Origin: Candidatus Krumholzibacteriales bacterium
Lineage (GTDB): Bacteria; Krumholzibacteriota; Krumholzibacteriia; Krumholzibacteriales; WJIX01
DNA length: 64,000 nucleotides
Reading direction: 5' to 3'
Assembly (NCBI GenBank): GCA_046483305.1
Contig: JAWODM010000046.1
Location: 72,145 to 136,144, forward strand
Made by a program: the position numbers and the translations under genes. Each line of letters opens with the position of its first letter. The stretch's first letter is position 1. The notes beneath the pieces were generated by a model. The model made no database searches, was not told where the DNA came from, and was given only the letters and a program-made list of their open reading frames with translations. Below are positions 56,540-64,000 of this stretch, piece after piece.

Positions 56540-57505
56540 CTACTTCAGGCCAGCCTGAATTATGTCGTGAATATGAATAAGGCCTGCCGGGGTTCCCCCG
56601 CCGTCAACCACGAACAGCTGAGTTATCCTGCCTGCGGGGTTCATTTCCATTTCCTCCAGGGCATCGATGGCCAGCATATCGGGATCTGCCGTGCGGGGCG
56701 ATGCCGTCATCACCTCTTCCACTACCGTTTCCAGGGGGTCGGGATTCCTGATCAGAATCCTCTTAAGGTCTCCGTCGGTGATAATACCTTCCAGCCTTCC
56801 GTCTTCTCCAATCACTCCGGTACATCCAAGCTTCTTCTCCACTATCTCGATCAAGGCCTCCCTGAGAGAAGTGCTTTTCCTTACCAGGGGTATCTCGTCT
56901 CCGGTATGCATAAGTTCGCCAACCCGCAGATAAAGCTTCCGTCCCAGTACACCGTTGGGGTGCAGGCGGGCGAAATCTTCCCGTCCGAAATCCTTAACCT
57001 TCAGAGCGGCTACCGCCAGAGCGTCGCCGAGTACCAGAGAGGCGGTGGTGGTGGTGGTGGGAACCAGCCCCATGGGGCATGCTTCCTTTCCGGAGCTGAT
57101 GTAAAGGGTGACGTCGCTCTCTCTGGCCAGCTGAGAATCGAGGTTGGCGGTAACAGTAATCATACTTACCCGGAGGTTCTTAAGGTAAGGAATCAGCCTG
57201 GTAAGCTCTTCGCTTCCTCCGCTCTTGCTGACCGATATGAACACGTCGTTGCCGGTTATCATGCCGATATCTCCATGCCCGGCCTCCACCGAATGAAGGT
57301 AAACCGCCGGGGTTCCGGTACTGCTCAGGGTAGCCGCGATCTTCCTCGCTATAATACCCGATTTGCCGGTCCCGCACAGGATCACCTTGCCGCTGCAGCT
57401 GACCAGCAGATCCACCGCTCTGGCGAATTCCCCGCCGATACTCTTCTCAATCTCCCTGAGGCCCTCTATCTCCGTGGAGATTACTTCGCGGCCGATCTCA
57501 ATCAC
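56540..57505 (-). CDS. kdsD: Arabinose-5-phosphate isomerase (KpsF/GutQ family, SIS + CBS)
   Basis: GTGKSG, STGTPA, EAGHGDIG, EACP.GL.PT, HPNG.LG, ITDGDL. Confidence 0.94.
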   Translation of the reverse strand: MIEIGREVISTEIEGLREIEKSIGGEFARAVDLLVSCSGKVILCGTGKSGIIARKIAATLSSTGTPAVYLHSVEAGHGDIGMITGNDVFISVSKSGGSEELTRLIPYLKNLRVSMITVTANLDSQLARESDVTLYISSGKEACPMGLVPTTTTTASLVLGDALAVAALKVKDFGREDFARLHPNGVLGRKLYLRVGELMHTGDEIPLVRKSTSLREALIEIVEKKLGCTGVIGEDGRLEGIITDGDLKRILIRNPDPLETVVEEVMTASPRTADPDMLAIDALEEMEMNPAGRITQLFVVDGGGTPAGLIHIHDIIQAGLK

Positions 57506-57657
57506 GCCTTTGCTGCCGGTTCCGCCGGCGCCGGTTGGCTTCCGGTCTTTCTTTATATCTTCTCCGGATTCTATCTCAAAACCTCCCCATCATCTGGAAA
57601 GTAAACGTTCTTTCAACTATCAGTCCATATATCAATGAATCTACAAAATAACATAGG

Positions 57658-58482
57658 TCAGTTAAAGGAATTAATCAGCTCAAATAGTTCGGATATTTCC
57701 GACAGCAGGCCGGGGAGCCTGTCCAGGGGGAGCATTACCTCCGCATCGCAGCTGCAGGAGAGCGGATCGGGATGAGTTTCGATGAACAGCCCGTCACACC
57801 CCGCCGCGACCGCGGCCCGGGCGAGGGGGGGCACGTACTGAGGCCTTCCTCCGGTTCTGTCTCCGAGTCTGCCGGGAAGCTGCAGAGAGTGGGTGGCATC
57901 ATAGATTAGAGGAACATTCAGCCCCTTCATCCGGGGAAAGGATGTCATATCGACCACCAGGTTGTTATAGCCGAAAGACGTTCCACGCTCTGTGACCAGC
58001 ACCCCTCCCGCCCCGCTGCGAGCGGCCTTCTCCACAGCCAGCCCCATCTCCTCCGGGGAGAGAAACTGCCCCTTCTTCAGATTCAGCACCCTTCCGGTTC
58101 CGGCCGCTTTGACTATCAGCCTGGTCTGCCTGCACAGAAAAGCCGGTATCTGAAGAAGGTCGCATACCTCCGCGACAGGTTCCACCTCTTCCCTGCAGTG
58201 CACGTCGGTAAGAACGGGAACATCCACCCGGGAGCTGATTCCATCGAGTACCTTCAGGCCCCGGTCAATTCCGGGCCCCCGGTACGAATCGAGCGATGAC
58301 CGGTTGTCCTTGAAGTAACTCCCCTTGAAAATATAGAAAAAACCGTTATCCTCCGCCGCCCGTCTGCACTCCTGCGCTATCCTGACGGCATCATCCTGAT
58401 CCTCGATAGTACAGGGCCCCGCTATGAGAAGCGGTTGCGAGCGGGGAGTGAATTCCCGCCCCCCTATTAAGATAGAATCCAT
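57658..58482 (-). CDS. kdsA: KDO-8-phosphate synthase
   Basis: IAGPC.IE, KDNRSS, QIPAFLCRQT, KKGQF, ERGTSFGY, DATHS. Confidence 0.96.
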   Translation of the reverse strand: MDSILIGGREFTPRSQPLLIAGPCTIEDQDDAVRIAQECRRAAEDNGFFYIFKGSYFKDNRSSLDSYRGPGIDRGLKVLDGISSRVDVPVLTDVHCREEVEPVAEVCDLLQIPAFLCRQTRLIVKAAGTGRVLNLKKGQFLSPEEMGLAVEKAARSGAGGVLVTERGTSFGYNNLVVDMTSFPRMKGLNVPLIYDATHSLQLPGRLGDRTGGRPQYVPPLARAAVAAGCDGLFIETHPDPLSCSCDAEVMLPLDRLPGLLSEISELFELINSFN

Positions 58483-58496
58483 CAATGCTCCTTAGG

Positions 58497-60188
<1,692 letters not shown>

Positions 60189-60194
60189 CTAATT

Positions 60195-60911
60195 CTAATC
60201 TATCATTTTTTCAACTCTTTTTATATCTTCGGGCCTGTCCACCCCTCCCGCCTGGCTGACGCAGGTCACCACCCTTATCCGGAATCCGTTCTCGAGGGCT
60301 CTGAGCTGTTCCAGTTTCTCGGTTCTTTCCAGCTCACCGGCTGGCAGCCGGGCGAATTCCATCAGAAACCGCTTCCGGAACCCGTATATCCCGATATGTC
60401 GATAGAATCCGTTCTCGCCGCAGCGGAGCGCGGCTCTGGAGAAGTACAGGGCGTTACGGTCGGTGCCGAAGACCACCTTGACCGTATCCGGGCTGTCGAG
60501 TTCCTCGCTGCTCTCAGAAAAGGATGCCAGGGTTGCCATTTTAACGGAGCGGTCCTCTTTCATTACCCCGGCCAGATCTTCCACCCCCCGTACCGGAAAA
60601 AGCGGCTCGTCACCCTGGATGTTCAGAACAATATCGTAATCCATCCCGGAGGCCGCTTCTGAAATCCTGGAAGTACCGCTGGAATGCGAGCCTGAGGTCA
60701 TTACCGCTCTTCCACCCGCTTCCCTCACTGTCTTCAGGATCCCGGAATGGTCGGTTGCCACTATCACTTCCGAAACACCGCCGACACTCCGGGCCCTGTT
60801 CATAACCCTCACAATCATCGGAATACCCTTAATGAGGGCCAGCGGTTTTCCGGGGAAACGGCTCGAACCGTACCTGGCCGGGATAACGGCGAGCACCCCT
60901 TCTGAAGTCAA
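60195..60911 (-). CDS. kdsB: 3-deoxy-manno-octulosonate cytidylyltransferase
   Basis: IPARYGSSRFPGKPL, NIQGDEP, ALYFSR, HIGIYG, EKLEQLRALE. Confidence 0.96.
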   Translation of the reverse strand: MTSEGVLAVIPARYGSSRFPGKPLALIKGIPMIVRVMNRARSVGGVSEVIVATDHSGILKTVREAGGRAVMTSGSHSSGTSRISEAASGMDYDIVLNIQGDEPLFPVRGVEDLAGVMKEDRSVKMATLASFSESSEELDSPDTVKVVFGTDRNALYFSRAALRCGENGFYRHIGIYGFRKRFLMEFARLPAGELERTEKLEQLRALENGFRIRVVTCVSQAGGVDRPEDIKRVEKMID

Positions 60912-60933
60912 ATCCTACCTCCGCCGATAAATG

Positions 60934-61485
60934 CTATTCGGCATACTTTTTCTGTCCCTCCACATATACATTGCCGCCGTGGCAATCCTGGGCGACAATT
61001 ACCGGAAAATCCTCGATCTCCATTTTTCTGATCGCTTCAGCGCCCAGGTCCTCATAGGCAACCACTTCGCTGGAGGTGATCGATCCTGCTATCAGGGCGG
61101 CGGCGCCCCCGGTGGCCGCGAAATAAACGGCGGAATGCTTCTTCATCGCGTTCACTACCGGTTCCGACCTCTCACCCTTCCCGATCATACCTTTAAGGCC
61201 GTTCTCTATCAGGATCGGGGCGTAGGGATCCATCCTGTAACTGGTGGTAGGGCCGGCTGACCCTATGGCCTTGCCGGGAGGAGTGGGAGCGGGGCCCACG
61301 TAATAGATTATCTGCCCTTCCAGCGGTATCGGTAGTTCCTTTCCCTCTTCGATCAGTTTGACCAGGCGCTCGTGAGCGCTGTCGCGAGCTGTATATATGG
61401 TGCCCGAAAGAGAGACCTTGTCTCCCGCCTTTAGTTTCTCGACATCCTCCCCGCTCAGAGGAGTATTCATTGAATATTCAGCCAT
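60934..61485 (-). CDS. Fe-S hydro-lyase (fumarate hydratase / tartrate dehydratase type) beta subunit
   Basis: TARDSAH, GPTTSYRM, IGKG, DLGAEA. Confidence 0.92.
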   Translation of the reverse strand: MAEYSMNTPLSGEDVEKLKAGDKVSLSGTIYTARDSAHERLVKLIEEGKELPIPLEGQIIYYVGPAPTPPGKAIGSAGPTTSYRMDPYAPILIENGLKGMIGKGERSEPVVNAMKKHSAVYFAATGGAAALIAGSITSSEVVAYEDLGAEAIRKMEIEDFPVIVAQDCHGGNVYVEGQKKYAE

Positions 61486-61584
61486 TTTTCACCTGCCCGA
61501 TAATTTAAACAAAAAACCATGCCGGCGGCGCTCACTCCGGGCTCCGGCCCGCAGCGTTTCAACCTTTCCGGCAAATACTCTTTT

Positions 61585-62427
61585 TTACAGCTCAACATAT
61601 TTGTGCCTGGCCGAATGGCAATTGATATTCATCGCCACCGGGAAGGAAGCTATATGCCTGGGGGCGGTTTCGATATGAACCGCGAAGGCTGTGCAGCGGC
61701 CGCCCAGCCCGGCAGGGCCTACCCCGGTCCTGTTGACCAGTTCCAGAAGCTCCTTCTCCAGCTCATCATAGAAGGGGTCCGGGTGGCTGCTTCCCACCGG
61801 CCTGATCAGAGCTCTCTTGGCTAACTGGGCGCACATTTCGAAGGTGCCTCCGATACCCACCCCTACCATAATGGGGGGGCAGGGATTTCCGGACGCTTCC
61901 CGCACGCCGTTAACCACGAAATTCTTTATCCCCTCGATACCGTCGGCCGGTTTCATCATCGCTATCCTGCTCATATTCTCGCTTCCGCCCCCCTTGGGAA
62001 CGATATACATCTTCAGTTTATCTCCGGGGACCAGCCTCAGGTGAATTATTGCGGGGGTGTTGTTCCCGGTGTTCCCTCCCCTTATCGGATCGGCCAGGAC
62101 CGATTTGCGAAGGTAACCTTCGGTATAACCCTTACTTACTCCCTCATTGATGGCGTCTTCGAACCCTCCGCCGGTGATATGAACATCCTGGCCCAGGTCG
62201 GCGAATACCACCAGGTAACCGGTATCCTGGCACAGAGGCATCCGTTCGGTCCCGGCTATTCTGGAATTCTCCAGAATCTGCCTCATAACTTCCTTGCCCG
62301 CAGGTGATTCTTCCTGCTCGTACATCTTTTCCAGGCCTTCCTGGACGTCATCCTCCAGCTCGAAGTTCGCCTCCTGGCAGAGCTGTCCGACAACCTCGGC
62401 GATCCTGGCTGCTTCTATCTCTTTCAT
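61585..62427 (-). CDS. Fe-S hydro-lyase (fumarate hydratase / tartrate dehydratase type) alpha subunit
   Basis: PLCQDTG, KGGGSEN, NPCPP, GPAGLGG, NCHSAR. Confidence 0.92.
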   Translation of the reverse strand: MKEIEAARIAEVVGQLCQEANFELEDDVQEGLEKMYEQEESPAGKEVMRQILENSRIAGTERMPLCQDTGYLVVFADLGQDVHITGGGFEDAINEGVSKGYTEGYLRKSVLADPIRGGNTGNNTPAIIHLRLVPGDKLKMYIVPKGGGSENMSRIAMMKPADGIEGIKNFVVNGVREASGNPCPPIMVGVGIGGTFEMCAQLAKRALIRPVGSSHPDPFYDELEKELLELVNRTGVGPAGLGGRCTAFAVHIETAPRHIASFPVAMNINCHSARHKYVEL

Positions 62428-62499
62428 TTCGCTCCTCTCTGATTAAACTGATGGTGGTATCTGCAGCTTGCCGCAGAAATGCCCGGAACCTGTTCAGTG

Positions 62500-63156
62500 T
62501 CAATTTGACGGTTCCAGAACTACCGTTTTTCTATCCCCGGAAAAGAGCTGATCGTCGATCTCCAGGGTGCTTCCGCCTTTCTCTATCAGATCGTCCCGGA
62601 GCCCGGTAAAGTCGGCGACAGGATTTATGGGAAAATCAACCCTGTCCGTCTTGAAATGCATCGGAACGGCTACCGCCGGCTCAAACTCCTCGACAATCTG
62701 ATTAGCCGTTTCAGCGTCTATGGTAAAGTAACCGCCCACCGGTATCAACATCAGATCGACACCCTTGAGCTCCGGAATATCGTCCACGCTTATCCGGTGG
62801 CCCAGGTCGCCGAGGTGCGCGATCCTCCTGCCGGCCGCCTCGACTATGGCAATCAGGCTTTCTCCTCTTTCTTCACCCTCCGATTCATCATGATAAAATG
62901 GGTAGGTATCGATTCTGATATCTCCGAAGGTGAAACTCCCCTCGCTCTCCACTACATTCTCTATCTCCGAAACTATGTCGCTGTCGTAGTGATCTGCGTG
63001 GTCATGGCTGACCACGCCTATATCGAATTCTCCCTCGATCGGCCCGTACTTCAGGGCTCCGTCGTAGGAACCGGCTTCGTAGGGGTCGAAAATCATTTTT
63101 CTGCCGTCATCCATGGTCAGCTGAAAAGCTGCATGGCCCAGAAACTTCAATTCCAT
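62500..63156 (-). CDS. Metallo-beta-lactamase fold hydrolase
   Basis: LGHA.F, DPY, SHDHADH, HD, HLGD, PVGG, PMH. Confidence 0.9.
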   Translation of the reverse strand: MELKFLGHAAFQLTMDDGRKMIFDPYEAGSYDGALKYGPIEGEFDIGVVSHDHADHYDSDIVSEIENVVESEGSFTFGDIRIDTYPFYHDESEGEERGESLIAIVEAAGRRIAHLGDLGHRISVDDIPELKGVDLMLIPVGGYFTIDAETANQIVEEFEPAVAVPMHFKTDRVDFPINPVADFTGLRDDLIEKGGSTLEIDDQLFSGDRKTVVLEPSN

Positions 63157-63274
63157 AAAATCACCTCCGAACCTGGCTTAAGCCAAAAAAACATCAGCCC
63201 TGTTTAAGCTTTTCTCGATTCCGCGGCCTTCGCCACGAGTTACAGATTAACATATATCCATTAATTGTTAAGGT

Positions 63275-63314
63275 AAAAAAAAAGGAACCCGGATTTTTTT
63301 GCCTCCGGGTTCCT
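63275..63314 (-). terminator. Rho-independent terminator after rpmA
   Basis: Minus strand AGGAACCCGGA-loop-TCCGGGTTCCT followed by a run of T. Confidence 0.88.
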
Positions 63315-63342
63315 GTATTATGGTAAGAAATTTGATATGGGG

Positions 63343-63597
63343 TTAATTCTCGTAAACGCTCACCTTTTTCTTGTTCTTGCTCAGCCTCTCGAACTGCACC
63401 ACTCCGTCGGTGAGAGCGAACAGGGTGTCGTCTCCGCCCCTTCCCACGTTGTGTCCGGGGTGAATCCTGGTTCCCCGCTGCCTCATTATTATCGAACCGG
63501 CGGTGACCACCTGCCCGGCATGCTTTTTCACGCCCAGCCGCTTCGAATTGCTGTCGCGCCCGTTTCTGGAACTTCCAACACCTTTTTTATGAGCCAT
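63343..63597 (-). CDS. rpmA: 50S ribosomal protein L27
   Basis: [27 protein letters not shown]. Confidence 0.98.
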   Translation of the reverse strand: MAHKKGVGSSRNGRDSNSKRLGVKKHAGQVVTAGSIIMRQRGTRIHPGHNVGRGGDDTLFALTDGVVQFERLSKNKKKVSVYEN

Positions 63598-63613
63598 CTC
63601 TGATCACCACCTG

Positions 63614-63925
63614 TTATTTTGATATCTCTTTTATTTCCAGTAAAGTATATCCCTGGCGGTGGCCCTTTTTCCTTCTGTATCTCTTCCGGCGTTTCATCTT
63701 GAAAACGATTACCTTCTTGTCCCTGGCATGCTCCAGCACCTCCGCCTTCACATTCACGCCGTCGACCAGAGGGGCGCCAACCTTTACATCCTTATCGTCA
63801 GAATAGAAGAGGATCCGGTCGCACTCCACGGTGCTTCCCTCCTCGATATCGAGAAGGGGGACGCGGACCTTCATGCCCTCTTCGACTCTTATCTGATCAC
63901 CAGCTATATCTACAACTGCGTACAC
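63614..63925 (-). CDS. rplU: 50S ribosomal protein L21
   Basis: MYAVV, KVIVFKMKRRKRYRRKKGHRQ. Confidence 0.98.
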   Translation of the reverse strand: MYAVVDIAGDQIRVEEGMKVRVPLLDIEEGSTVECDRILFYSDDKDVKVGAPLVDGVNVKAEVLEHARDKKVIVFKMKRRKRYRRKKGHRQGYTLLEIKEISK

Positions 63926-64000
63926 TATTACTGCCTCCCGTAAACATCAATTCAGGAATTCATAAATAACAAACAGGCCGTCTCAAGTCAAGTTATAATT

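Noticed and set aside
56567..57604. 345-aa plus-strand ORF
   Set aside because: Antisense shadow of kdsD
63598..63613. Missing prp (ysxB) between rplU and rpmA
   Set aside because: L27 starts directly with MAHKK and has no N-terminal extension, so no protease is expected

Overview
A gene-dense bacterial chromosome segment (about 50 CDS, all but five on the minus strand) made up mostly of housekeeping operons. These are: glycine cleavage gcvT-H-PA-PB followed by a lipoate-ligase-family gene running off the left edge; uvrA; asnS; rimP-nusA-infB-DUF503-rbfA-nrnA-truB-ribF then rpsO-pnp-dut; a long run fumarase-kdsB-pyrG-kdsA-kdsD / lptC-lptB-rpoN-lipA-hpf-hprK-mannose-family PTS-ptsH-ptsI-PGI/PMI-nucleotidyltransferase-metK-ahcY; and rplU-rpmA. 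Kdo/Lpt genes show a diderm LPS producer. A SprA/Sov-like translocon plus a GWxTD-like protein suggest an FCB-superphylum lineage, possibly a non-Bacteroidota candidate phylum (inference only). I found no tRNA, rRNA, CRISPR array, transposase or prophage. All product calls come from motifs recognised by eye, not from database searches. I cannot prove a new system from sequence alone. The best candidates are: (i) a plus-strand two-gene membrane module (TPR/Zn-finger polytopic protein plus a DUF4388-TM-pseudopilin-like protein) behind a sigma54-type site; (ii) a SprA-like gene overlapping a glutaminyl-cyclase-like M28 lipoprotein, divergent from lptFG-GWxTD; (iii) a GH57 glucanotransferase embedded in a motif-divergent mannose-family PTS; (iv) a 307-bp kdsD-lptC spacer with four tandem hairpins and overlapping sigma54/sigma70 promoter motifs ahead of the rpoN operon.
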